DNA from: Runella sp.
GTDB taxonomy: Bacteria; Bacteroidota; Bacteroidia; Cytophagales; Spirosomataceae
Assembly (NCBI GenBank): GCA_027486105.1
Contig: JAIXPV010000270.1
Span: 1-53,011, forward strand
Length of the DNA: 53,011 bases
Reading direction: 5' to 3'
Within the stretch, counting starts at the first letter, position 1, and every line of letters begins with the position of its first letter. Both the position numbers and the translations under genes were made by a program. Below the pieces are notes generated by a model. That model worked only from the letters and a program-made list of their open reading frames with translations. It was not told the origin of the DNA and did no database searches. Below are positions 1 to 11,300 of this stretch, one piece after another.

Positions 1-79
1 GGCCATAATTGAACATTTCGTAGGTCTAAGTTAAATGATTTTACTTATTTCTACTGTCCAGTTTTTGGGGAGCACTATA
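1..79 (-). mobile_element. Left end of an IS3-family element (second copy, cut by the window edge)
   Basis: Positions 1-79 are identical to 52321-52399, including the orfA start (CAT at 4-6) and the terminal IR. Identity stops exactly at the IR end. Confidence 0.93.
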
Positions 80-82
80 TTC

Positions 83-771
83 CTATGAAAGTGCCATTTT
101 ACACGAAAAACTATTTACCTCTTTTCGACTCTCCAGCCGCATTCCGAAAGAGAACTTCTATCGGAGGTTGAAGGAAACGCTCGACCTGACTTTCCTGTAT
201 GAGCATACAAAAGAGCTCTATGGAAAAACAGGGCACCCTTCTATTGACCCCGTAGTGTTCTTCAAATTCATGCTCATCGGGCACTTGGAGAACATTACTT
301 CTGCCAGAAAGCTGGTTGAGCATTGCTCGCTTCGGATAGATATGCTGTATTTTCTGGGCTACAACATTGATGAGCCCTTGCCCTGGCATTCCACCCAGAG
401 CCGTACCCGCCAAATTTACCTGGAAACTCTTTTTGAATTAGTATTCGATAAAGTATTCAGTCTTTGCGTAGCCAAAAATATGGTAACCGGTCGCAGGGTA
501 GCCATCGATTCTGCCCTGTTAAAGCCAATGCTTACATGGAAAGGCTATTAGACAAACAACCTGAAAGACCCGGACCCAAGCTGCTACCGCAGGCTGACGA
601 ACAGAATGGACTCATAGACTCAGTACCCAAGCCCGTAAACCATCAAGCTACGCCGTTTATTACCACTTCCGATTCTCAGCTAAGGAGGTTAGCCAAGCAC
701 CAACAAAACTTGAAACAGTCGCCGACGGCCTTAGCTTCCAACCCAAAGGCACAACTACTGAGCAACAAAAC
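83..771 (+). pseudogene. IS1182-family transposase remnant (body; frameshifted near 520, truncated near 771)
   Basis: Reads EKLFTSFRLSSRIPKENFYRRLKETLDL...GHPSIDPVVFFKFMLIGHLENITSARKLVEHC...IDS, then continues in another frame as VKANA...LLSNKT. Its first 13 codons lie at 51089-51126. Confidence 0.85.
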
Positions 772-899
772 TGTTGAAATCACGACTTATATTACCTGCG
801 ATTATTGCATTCTCACAGAGCCCTTGTTTCGAAGGCAAAGTTTCTTGTCTTTATTAATGAGTATTCCGAAATTCCTATCGGAATACTCACTTTCCCCTT

Positions 900-1391
900 T
901 TACTGTTTTTTAATTCCAATTAAATAACCGAGGTCACCTGCATCATTTACACCGAAATAGCATTTTATTTTATTCCCTGAGAAAATGGCTCTGGAATCTC
1001 CTAAAAAAGTAGCTGCTTCAATGTCGTTGTTAGAGAATGCTTTAAGGGTTAAGCTCCAATCAGTGCTATCTCTCGACAACCTACTCCCAATTCTTGAATT
1101 TGTTTTAATTACTAATTTTATTTTATCTACAGAAATCTTGCTGACTGAAATAGACGCATTGAACTCGGTTGTATCTTTTTTATACGGTAGACCATAGGTA
1201 ACGGTACCTGATTGAAATTCATTTAACAGATAGTCGCCTGTTACTTTATCAGATATATCAGGCTCAGGCTCTTTCTTGCTGCAATTGCTTAGTAAAATAA
1301 GAAAGCTGATTATGCCCCATGAGAAATGGCGCCAACAACTACTGGTTTTTGAAGTTGTATTTGTACGAGGAAACAGTTTCTGATTTGTCAT
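900..1391 (-). CDS. Putative lipoprotein (start uncertain)
   Basis: Hydrophobic stretch with lipobox-like LILLSNC followed by SKKEPEP. Last gene of the RHS cluster, overlapping the end of the YD-repeat gene. Confidence 0.6.
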   Translation of the reverse strand: MTNQKLFPRTNTTSKTSSCWRHFSWGIISFLILLSNCSKKEPEPDISDKVTGDYLLNEFQSGTVTYGLPYKKDTTEFNASISVSKISVDKIKLVIKTNSRIGSRLSRDSTDWSLTLKAFSNNDIEAATFLGDSRAIFSGNKIKCYFGVNDAGDLGYLIGIKKQ

Positions 1392-4300
1392 TTTTTACTT
1401 CTGTTAATCTTCCGAATTCATCAAATAAATAGAATGTCTTTAAATCAGTAGGGTTTGTAGTGGAAGTATTGCCGATATGTGGTTGATATGTATAGCTTAC
1501 AACCAATGATAGAGGTAATCTACTGCGAAAATCACTCATTTTAGTTCTAATATCTTGTTCATTACTAAGAGCATTGACCTGAGTAAGGCTCAGGCTCATT
1601 GCACTCAAAGCTGTTTGAACCTGAGCAAAACTTGCATTTTTTACTTCAGCAATAGGCAATGCTCCACCGTACCCCCACAAGTAAGATGTATAGGAATTGT
1701 CACGGCCTTTTACCTCGATCAAATTGCCAGTAGCATCATCGTACTTAAACGTCTGCTGATCGGTATAAACAGGGGAATTGCTGATATTACTTGGTTCATT
1801 CAGCTCAGTTTGAGCTATTTTTTCCAATATTACCCGATTATTTAAAATACCATAGGTATTTTGAGTTGCCTGCAACAATTTTTCTGCGCCATTGCCATTC
1901 TGTACTTTATCAAATTTTTCGACAACTGCGTTTTGAATATTTCTAACGCCTTTCATTTCTGCTAATGTATTGCTCGAAGTTTGATAATCAGCAGGGTAAC
2001 GGAAAGCAGTGATATATTTTATACCGTCACTATTCGTACGCGTTTGATTTTTAAGTTGTAAATGAGTGGGGTCATATTCAAATGTTTGTTCCGCTTCACT
2101 GTAATTCGTAGAGTTTGAAGCGTAGTATCTTTGTTTTACACTTTGTAAATATAGCCAATCAGTCCTTTCATTAAAATTTGTAAATGCGAAATTATCAAGT
2201 GTTGTGCTATAATTTGCATCCCATCCTTCAATCTTATACCCTACTTTAATACCAGGTACTTTCAAAGGGTTAAAAGCCGTTAAGTTATGAGTATTGATAT
2301 CCATTTCTACTTCTTGAAATCCAGAAGAACCTTCTTTTCTGTATGCTATCTTTTGTTTGGGCAACCCTCTATAAGGATCCAGTGAAGTGGATGGGCCGAA
2401 GGGAAATGAAATGCTGACATTGTCTAGTTGGAACGAAAAATCATGAACTTCTTTTCCATTTTCTCCATTCTCTCCGTGCAATACAGTTACTTTTGTATAG
2501 CATACGAAACTACCAGAAGCAGTACCTAAAGAGACATTAGAAAAGGACGTATTTGCGATATAGTTAGTGACCACACAACCCGGAATGTTAGCAGTCTGAC
2601 AAATCTTCGTTGGGTAGGAATATAAGGGGACAGAAAGAATTTTACCAGATGAAAATCCGTCTGATTCTTTGTAGAAGTATACTTTCTTTAAGGGATTAGG
2701 GTCAGAATCGCCATTAGATGTTATTATTTTTTTTATTCGTAAACCGCCAGCTTTTTTATTGGGAGAAACGTCGCCATTTGCCAGAATTTCCACTTCCTTT
2801 TCGGTGAATGTTAGAGTAAAAGTATAATTGCCTGATGAGGGACCTTTAATTCGGTAGATTCCGTCAGTAAGAAATGTCGTACAATTACTGATGTTACCAG
2901 CATAATTATTAGGTCCGTTTTCTGACCAATTACAGGTCCCAAGCACCTTGTTGCACTTTTCAATTTTTATTACAGGGCAATTGGTAATTTCATTCAGCTC
3001 GCAGCCAGGTCCGGGGTTTTGCAAATTGCAATTTTGAGTGGTTAAATTTATTTTGACAGGTATTTTTCCACTTGCGTCGTAAGATTTAATTTCAAATGAT
3101 TGTGAAGTAGTATTAAGATTTGAAACAGTAATACTTGTTGATGATGCTTTTTTAAAATAAGGCAGTGTTGGTTCTATACAGTCATGTAACTCATAATCAA
3201 AATCTGTAAATCCTCCTGTTGGATAAGTAATTCGTTTAAGCGTAAAAGTTTTTGCAGCTTCTAAGTAAGGGTCACGGTTGGCTCCCGGCATGAAAACATA
3301 ATTACCATTAGAATATCTTATCGTACGTTCCGGAATAAAGGAATAGAGTGCGTTATCTTTTCCGTTAAAGTAGCCCCAGTGGTCCTGTGCATATCTGTAA
3401 CTGTTCGCTGTTAAATTATCTGTACGGTCAAAGTAAGTAAATTGATAGGCAGGTAATGAAGATAAAACATTAACAGATTGTCCAGGAAGACCTGTTGGAG
3501 AAAAAGTGCTTTTTTGTTCTTTAACACTATTCAGCTTAAGATGAGTTAGAGAAGACTCGTAAATAAAATATTCATGATCAAGAACAAATTCACGCAATTG
3601 CTCATTTGTCGTTGTATATAATCCCACTCGTTTGAGGGTAGGGGCATTGGGAATATCAGTACGCGGAGTTATTCCATAACTGAAGTGTAGGTAGCCATTT
3701 GCAAAGTTAATTTTTGTTAGGCTGCGCATTCTTACTTTGATTTCATTGTCACAGTATGTTCTAGGTGGAGTGCCAGTAATTTGTGGTGTATCACTGTCTT
3801 TTATATATTTTGTTTCACTTCCCAATGTTTTATAAATTACCTCACTGCTTAATCCGCCATATTCAAATGTTATCTCATCCGTATGATCAGGTGAAATGAT
3901 TTTAGTTAAATACCAAGCTGAGGTATAGCTGCCTATATTGTTTACGGTTAAAGAAACTCCACTACCATTAGTGCATATGTTTCTAACCGTCTCTTCTTCA
4001 GTATGTTCAAATATATATTCTGTACCGTCTTCAGTAAGAATGGACCATCCTCCTGAACGAGGGTTCGCACCAATGGACGGTTTAACAACAAACTTATTTA
4101 AAAATCCTGAATAGATTTTCCCGGATTGATCAAAGAAAAACTTTCCAGAATAACCGCCGAAATTGAAGTAAAATATATCAGGTTGTGTGTCTATGAGACC
4201 ATCTGCAGCCTGTTTGGCATAGGCAGCATTGGTACCTACCTGATTTGTTGGATATGATCCACTAAAAAAACCAACTCCGAGCTCTTCGTCGGGACGTCCG

Positions 4301-4617
4301 CGCATAGAACGGGTTATAATGCCCCCTGCCTGTAAACTCCAGCCCAACCCTACGTTACTTGCTTTATCCTCCACTTTGACGCCTCCGGCGTGGTAAGATA
4401 ATCCTACTGCAAGGCTCAACCGTTTACTTTTGATATTGAACATCGGTACGCTTACCTGTGGTATACCAGTGTAAAGTCCAACTGGAATTTCTTCATATTT
4501 ACCTATGGAAGCCGCATTGGGGGAAGGCGGGAATACATCTGGCAAAGAAGCTGGACGCACTTGACAAACAATTTTACTGCTAAAAAAAAGCAGAATGTAT
4601 AATAATATTTTTTTCAT
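1339..4617 (-). CDS. Secreted YD-repeat/RHS-associated protein (Bacteroidetes type)
   Basis: Signal peptide; motifs PSPNAASIGKY, LSYHAGGVKV, VGLGWSLQAGG.ITR, DTQPDIFYFNF, DHWGYFNG, YPTGG.T.F.YE, GGLRIKKI, C-terminal YLFDEFGRL. Confidence 0.88.
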   Translation of the reverse strand: MKKILLYILLFFSSKIVCQVRPASLPDVFPPSPNAASIGKYEEIPVGLYTGIPQVSVPMFNIKSKRLSLAVGLSYHAGGVKVEDKASNVGLGWSLQAGGIITRSMRGRPDEELGVGFFSGSYPTNQVGTNAAYAKQAADGLIDTQPDIFYFNFGGYSGKFFFDQSGKIYSGFLNKFVVKPSIGANPRSGGWSILTEDGTEYIFEHTEEETVRNICTNGSGVSLTVNNIGSYTSAWYLTKIISPDHTDEITFEYGGLSSEVIYKTLGSETKYIKDSDTPQITGTPPRTYCDNEIKVRMRSLTKINFANGYLHFSYGITPRTDIPNAPTLKRVGLYTTTNEQLREFVLDHEYFIYESSLTHLKLNSVKEQKSTFSPTGLPGQSVNVLSSLPAYQFTYFDRTDNLTANSYRYAQDHWGYFNGKDNALYSFIPERTIRYSNGNYVFMPGANRDPYLEAAKTFTLKRITYPTGGFTDFDYELHDCIEPTLPYFKKASSTSITVSNLNTTSQSFEIKSYDASGKIPVKINLTTQNCNLQNPGPGCELNEITNCPVIKIEKCNKVLGTCNWSENGPNNYAGNISNCTTFLTDGIYRIKGPSSGNYTFTLTFTEKEVEILANGDVSPNKKAGGLRIKKIITSNGDSDPNPLKKVYFYKESDGFSSGKILSVPLYSYPTKICQTANIPGCVVTNYIANTSFSNVSLGTASGSFVCYTKVTVLHGENGENGKEVHDFSFQLDNVSISFPFGPSTSLDPYRGLPKQKIAYRKEGSSGFQEVEMDINTHNLTAFNPLKVPGIKVGYKIEGWDANYSTTLDNFAFTNFNERTDWLYLQSVKQRYYASNSTNYSEAEQTFEYDPTHLQLKNQTRTNSDGIKYITAFRYPADYQTSSNTLAEMKGVRNIQNAVVEKFDKVQNGNGAEKLLQATQNTYGILNNRVILEKIAQTELNEPSNISNSPVYTDQQTFKYDDATGNLIEVKGRDNSYTSYLWGYGGALPIAEVKNASFAQVQTALSAMSLSLTQVNALSNEQDIRTKMSDFRSRLPLSLVVSYTYQPHIGNTSTTNPTDLKTFYLFDEFGRLTEVKNDKSETVSSYKYNFKNQ

Positions 4618-4710
4618 TGATATATGATACTAAAACTGATTTGAAAACTGATTAATAGTTAATTAATACCGTCTTTAATTTTAATTATTTAGCAATAACC
4701 ATACTAAAAA

Positions 4711-5325
4711 TTAAATTATATTAAACATTGAGTTTGGGTTCAATGCATGAGTAACTTCAGCTTCCTTTGTAATATTTGATATAACGATTCCGCTTTCTGC
4801 AATGTTATAGATTTTATCTTGATAGCATTTTAGAATTGTGCTAATCAAATTTGATATGCTTGAATAATACATTGGTAAACTGTTTTGGTCTTGTATGATT
4901 TCCTCTGAGAAAAAATATACTGGAGAACTTTGGTTGTCCAAGTCAATAATTAAATAACTATTGTCTAAATTTGAGAATATTGGAAAAAATGAAGGTTTCC
5001 ATATTTTTCTATTTTTAATAAATGGCTTTAAAAATGTTATCCCTTTATTTGTTGATTGTGCTGCTTTTAGTGAACTTTCAAGGGATAAAAAATAAAAACC
5101 AGGAAAAAAATCCATGTCATTATAACTATACCCTTCTAACAACTTTGTTCCATTTTTCCAGTTATATAAATCCAACAGTTCTCTACTTGGTATATATTTT
5201 AATTTTTTCTCTTTAAATTTGTAAGTTAAGTCTATTCCATCTTGGAATAAATGAACTACAGGACGATTATACTCAGTAAAAATTGCGAATAATTTCTCTA
5301 AAGTTTTCTCCATGCTATTTTTCAT
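4711..5325 (-). CDS. SMI1/KNR4-family immunity protein
   Basis: Motifs PSRELLDLYNWKNG, FFPGFYFLSLE, FFPIFSNLDNSYLIIDL. Directly downstream of the RHS nuclease tip; AT-rich. Confidence 0.8.
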   Translation of the reverse strand: MKNSMEKTLEKLFAIFTEYNRPVVHLFQDGIDLTYKFKEKKLKYIPSRELLDLYNWKNGTKLLEGYSYNDMDFFPGFYFLSLESSLKAAQSTNKGITFLKPFIKNRKIWKPSFFPIFSNLDNSYLIIDLDNQSSPVYFFSEEIIQDQNSLPMYYSSISNLISTILKCYQDKIYNIAESGIVISNITKEAEVTHALNPNSMFNII

Positions 5326-5368
5326 TTTGAAATTGATTAAACTAAGAAATGATTAAGTTGATAACTTT

Positions 5369-8300
5369 CTATTTCTTAAAAATTGAACGAATGGGAACTA
5401 CTAAAAATGCATCACCTTTTTTTAAATTATAAGTTCTGTAGAACTTATTAAGCAATATTCCTTGAATACGATTCTCTATTGCCCTAACTCTCATTATATG
5501 TGCTTTCTTACCACCTTGAAATGTAGAAGCGTAGGGATACTCATCCCATTGATATCTTCTTTGTCCGGTTGGATCAGCAGGTCCTAAATTGCCATAAGCT
5601 TCTCGACGTTTTTGTGATTTTTCTGCTTCAGTAAATGCACCGTAATTTAAAATTTCATGGCCTGTTTCTAATATACCTTCTATTGTATTTACGTATATTT
5701 CAGGAGTAAGGTCTGCAGGAACAAAATATACAGGTAATTTACGCCTTGGGTTTAGTTCTGCAGGAGACACATCTGAATAAGTATTGACAATACCCCAAAC
5801 TAGTAACCAAAGAGGATTAAATTGTTTGATTCCAGTTTTGGGACCAATCAATGCTCCTGATGCTACTCTGAAATTTTTGTCATCATTATTCTCTAGTTCA
5901 GAGTCTTGTGCTTTTGGTTTTACTTCTACTGTTTGCAGATACCCTCCTTCCCTCGTCCAATTTTTTCCATCAAATAAATATATTTCACCCCCTGATGAGA
6001 TGTGTACTTGCCCTGAGTGTGGATTTTTATATAGCGATTCACATTCTGGACAAAGCCCTAAAGGGTCATTAAACAGAATAGGGTTATTATAAGCATAGTG
6101 GTAAGGAGTAAAAGAAAGTTGTGTTTTTATGCCTGATAAAGGATCAATTGCCCACCAGCGTCCAATCTCTGCATTATACATCCTAGCTCCAAAATCAAAC
6201 CATCCTGTTTCGCGTTGTTTTTCCTTGTCTGTGAAAGTAAATCTATCAACGGGACTTCCGTTTATCTTTTCAGAAGCAGGGTATAAAGGTAAAGTTAATC
6301 CCCACGCATCTGGATGATTTTCCTGAACTACTATAGGTGCGAAGGCTTCTTCCGGTCGGGTAGCTCCCTGTTTCTCAGCGCACCTGCAAGCCAGACGCAA
6401 ATTACCCAAATGGTCTTTCAGTTGATACTCAAAACGGTAAAAATTGTTTTTAACTCCATCGGTAGGATTTACAGCCCGTTGCGGAGGTAATATCCGACCT
6501 TCAGAAGTGGGAATAAATTCTAGACCATCTTGGTCATAGACCAAACCCGCTATATAGTGATTTTTCTTTCCATTTGGAAAAACTGCCAATAGCTTTTGTC
6601 CGGATCCTGTATAGGTATAATTTACCTCCTTTCCTGAAAAGGTGACTTTCTCAGGAAGATTAAGATAGTTATATTCTACTTTATCAATACCCTTACCTGA
6701 ATCTGTAATTAAGTTGCCGTTTGGATCGTAACTATAATTAGCTACACCGTCTTTAAAGAAATTCGAATTAACCCCGTTATTTCCGCCATCGGTTACACTA
6801 ACAAGTTGATTGGAAGCATTGACAATTTTGTAATTATATACTAATTGATCTACTGGACTGCCATTAAAAGACCGATTCATAGCAGTGATGTTTCCGTTAT
6901 CATCATAGGTAATTTCATCTCCTGTACCAGGAGGACCATAAAGCTTAAATATTGATGCGCCGTTTTTCTTTAATTCGGCAAATTTTAGACGATTGAGTTC
7001 ATCGTAACGGAAGTCCTGAGTATACGGATCACGTACTTCAATATCAAAGAGATCATTATTTGTGCCTTTGCGTTTGGAAGTTCGCCAATTCCATTCAATA
7101 ATATTTCCTACTTTATCATATTTGAGGCTCATACCGAAGAAATCCTTATCCGCAAAATTATTCCACAGTTGGTCTGGATTGTTAATTTTTGTCAACCAGC
7201 CCCTCATTTCATAAGTATAGCTAAGGCGTTGCAGGTAACAGCCGAGTATCTTTTCGTCCAGTTCCCCAATTGCATTGTAACTATGACGTGATACAGGTTC
7301 CCAATAACTTTCATCAATGCGCTGACAAATGGACTTTACGCGTCCGCCAACGTCATAAGCAGTACGGGTTTCAATGCGGAGATTATTTTGGGTTGAAAGT
7401 TTATTTTCAAGAACTCTGCCTGAGAAGTCAAGTTTGGAGGAACTGTAGTCGGTCCCCCCTTTATGATTTTCAGCGGCAGTTTGTATAACCCTGCCCAATT
7501 CATCATAATAGCTATTAGACATCAATGTTGTTTTTATAATATCGGTCGTAGGATTCAGTACCGAAGTACGACTTCCTGTAGGTAATCCCTGTAGGGATGT
7601 ACGAGCTGACTGCCCAAACGCTTCGGCAGCTTTAAATGCAAGAGCTCCGTTTGGATAGGTATCATAAAAATTTTCGGTCAGAAGATTTCCATCTCCGTCA
7701 GTTGTTTTTTTAACACGATTAAGCCCATCATATTCAGTCTGTGTTATTTTACCGTTTGGATCTGTGACTTTTTTTATTAAATCCCTTTCATTATATTCCA
7801 TCAGAACCGCTCCTGACGAAGGAACTTTCTTTTTAATAAGACGACCTCTGGTATCATAGTCATACGCAAAAAGAAGTTCATTATTAAAAGGTAATATGGA
7901 ACCCGTCAATGATTGGCTCGCCAATGGAGGGATTACACAACGTAACCAGCCGAAATAATCGTAGCAATAATAGGTTTTTCGACCTGCTACATTTGTACAG
8001 ACGATGCGGCCCTCTTTGTCTTTGTATTCAATCGTAATTTGGTCTTTTTCATTTTTTATTTCAACTACTGAAAGTTGATTTGATGCATAGTCACTGACTG
8101 TAACTGTCTTATCATCATAATTATACGTTAGCAACTTAACTTCCCCTGAAGTATTAGTTCGATAAGTTATTTGAACGGGAGTATTGTCTGGACCAGGAGC
8201 AGTCTGGCTTAAAATACGATTGAGTGGCGATGGCTCAAATTCAATTTGAGAGTATGCATTACCTTGTTTTTGCAGTGTAGAACTGTAAAAGGTATTTATA

Positions 8301-11300
8301 AATGAAGATAAGTTTTCACCGAGAAATTTTCCCTTGCTGGCCATATCCGTTGGCGGAGCATAGGGTAAATATTTTTTGATTTCACGGCCAAAAGCATCAT
8401 ATTCCATGTAAGAAACTATATCGCTGCTAACTGGTGCATGTATATCGTGTCCGCCTGTGGCTACAGCTATTTTCTGAATTGGTCTACCTAAACCATCCAA
8501 ATAAGTAATATTCTGTACCACAGAGGATCCTGTCTGATTTAAATGGTTATTTTCAATTATATAATTCTGATTTCCTGAGCCAAGATTACTGCTGTTTACA
8601 GGAGGGTTATCCGTATTTTTAACCCTGTCATTGGTAGTACAATCATCACACCCGCAAAGTATATCTTTGATGGTCAATTTAATATCTTTGAAACACGTAG
8701 GTTTTCCCTGCACTGAAACGGTGTAAGTATAAATACCAGTATAAAGCGGTTTCACATAAACACTGTCAGCAGTGCGAGTTCGTGTACTATCAACTGCAGT
8801 CAGACTGCTCACAAAATGCTTGAGCGTTTTGTGCTCCCAGTTAAAAATATCGGATGTGGCCAGACTCCCAGCCCGAACCGCCTTTAATTTGACAACAGTA
8901 CCCGATAAAAATTCAGTTTTATCAGGCTCCTGAACAACATTAAACGAGCAGGTCGAAAAAGGGGACAAATATTGTCCTGAAATTGGCAGTTGATTCCAGC
9001 TTCGTCCAGGGATTTGCCAACTTACCGATAAATTGTCCCCCCCAGACCCGTCTTTAACAAGTGCTTCGATATAATACTTTGTACCTTTTTTAAGTGTGAT
9101 GAGCTGAGATTTTTGCTCACTATACTGTTGGTACTGTCTTGGCGAACTCCAACTGTTATGGTAAGCTATTTTTACTTTATTGGCAGGATTATCATCGGTG
9201 CTGAGCCAAAGTTCTGTGTTATCATCAGCCGCAACATAGAATGTATACTGTCCGTTTGCGGGAGGGCATATATAGCCTCTCATCCGGGCCCCATAGTTGT
9301 CTGCAATGTCCTGTGGTGCCTCAAAACTACTGCGGAGTTCATTCACATCTGCTACCTGCGTAAATTTAGTGCTATTTTTAAGGTCATTGACAGAAGTTCC
9401 GTTGATATTATTCCAACGCTCGTATGTTATATACCCTGTTGCTGTACATTGCTGATCTACGGGCGGGTTGTATGGACAGGTTGTGGGCTCAATGAAATAT
9501 TTCTGATTATCTGATGTATGATTACTACTAAGCTGAATTTGTGCACCATCACTTTGACTGTTCCCGCTTACGTCAAAAGAAACCGTCAAATCATTTTGCG
9601 GAGAAATTCGGTAACTGTTATCCGTATTCCGAATAATTTTCCAGGCTTGGTTATAAGCAGTTCTTTCAACCCACATACGTATGCTCCCTCCACTTGATTC
9701 AATTACGCGGGTATCTTCGGCATTAATAATCTTTACATAGCCTACTGTGGCTGCTGGAGTAAACTGCCATATTTGAGCATCCATTCCGTTGAGGGTCCGC
9801 TGTTTCACTGCTACTCCGTTTACATTTCCAGTTGAATAGTCAGCATAGATTGGTTTGTTGCTGTTTTTGGGTTTAATGGTATAACATGCATTAAGAGACC
9901 CTATTACCTGAATATCTTTCGTTGGGGTGTTACAGCCAGTACAATTTGTACAAACGACACTATAGGTAGTGTTTTGAGCAGGGGTAACAGTAATCTGAGT
10001 GCCGATTGCTAAAGCTGTACCATCTCCCGTACTCCAAGCATATTGATTGGCAGGAGTAGCAGGTTTTGGTGCTGTAAATCCATCTGTTACCGATACGCCG
10101 CCATTTAAATTAGCAGTCCCTCCCGCTGGAATCATTGCAGAGGTTTGATTTCCGTTAATTGTTTCAAATCGGAAATAAGCTCTTAAATTTGCTTCGAACC
10201 CCGTTAATATTTTTCGATAATCCGTTTCAATTTCTGCTTGGGTGCGTGCTTTATTCCAGACCCTTACTTCGTCAATTTTACCTGCAAAATGGCCATAGTA
10301 ATCCCCTCCCAACGTAGCGGAAGGGTGTACCAGTTTAGAGGATGTAGGAGCCGCTGCATTTGATGGAGAAGGTTGACCATTAATATAAAGTGCAGGTTTA
10401 TTATTTTGATATACAACGGCAATATGGGTCCATCCGCTTAATGTTGCAGAGTGATTTAGCACTAATGGCATATAATTGTCCGTATGTTCAGCCAGTTGAA
10501 CCCCATTGGTACCTACAGCAATTCCCATACCTGCATTTGCTGCATTATTACTCCCTCCTCCCCAGTCTGGATACAACGCATAACGGTTACTGTAAACGTT
10601 TCCAGTTACTGTTTGTTCTGGCAGAACCCATGCTTCCCAAGTAAAATTGGTATGCAGATCTCCAAAGTTAAAATTCTGATTAAGACTTGTACTGCTACCG
10701 CCATCAAACCGCAGCCCTTTCCCCCCATTGTAAGAACCATTACCAACCGTTAAAACACTACTCTCTCCTGGTAGCAAATTAGTATTGGTTGCCGAAATAC
10801 TCAGTTCGCAAGGCTCTGGCAGCACTTTTACAGGAATATTGGCTTTACAGGTAGCATCACTTCGACTCACGGTATAGGTTATATCATGATCAGGATAAGC
10901 CACTACCACTGGGCCAGCTGCACTAAACCCATCGGGGTTCGTCCAGGAAAAGGTTACATTTAATGACCCTGGATCGTTATTGTTTCCATCGACCAGTTGA
11001 TAAGTACCTCCCAAATTAGCATAACGCCCCTGAGCGGGAGAGGGTTTGACCTGATTATTAGTTATTTCCTCAAAGCGCCAATAGGCGACTAAATTCGGTT
11101 CTTGACCAGATAAAATTTTCTCAAAATCTGCTAAGATTTGCGCTCCAGTACGTGCAGTACTCCACACCCTTACTTCATCGACTTTTCCGATGTAGCGCCC
11201 AAGGTCGTAGCCCCAATGTGCGCCCCCAATATGTGCTGTAGGATGAATATTTTTAGTGGTGGTGGCATTACTGGGATTGCTTGCCTTTGCAATCCCATTG

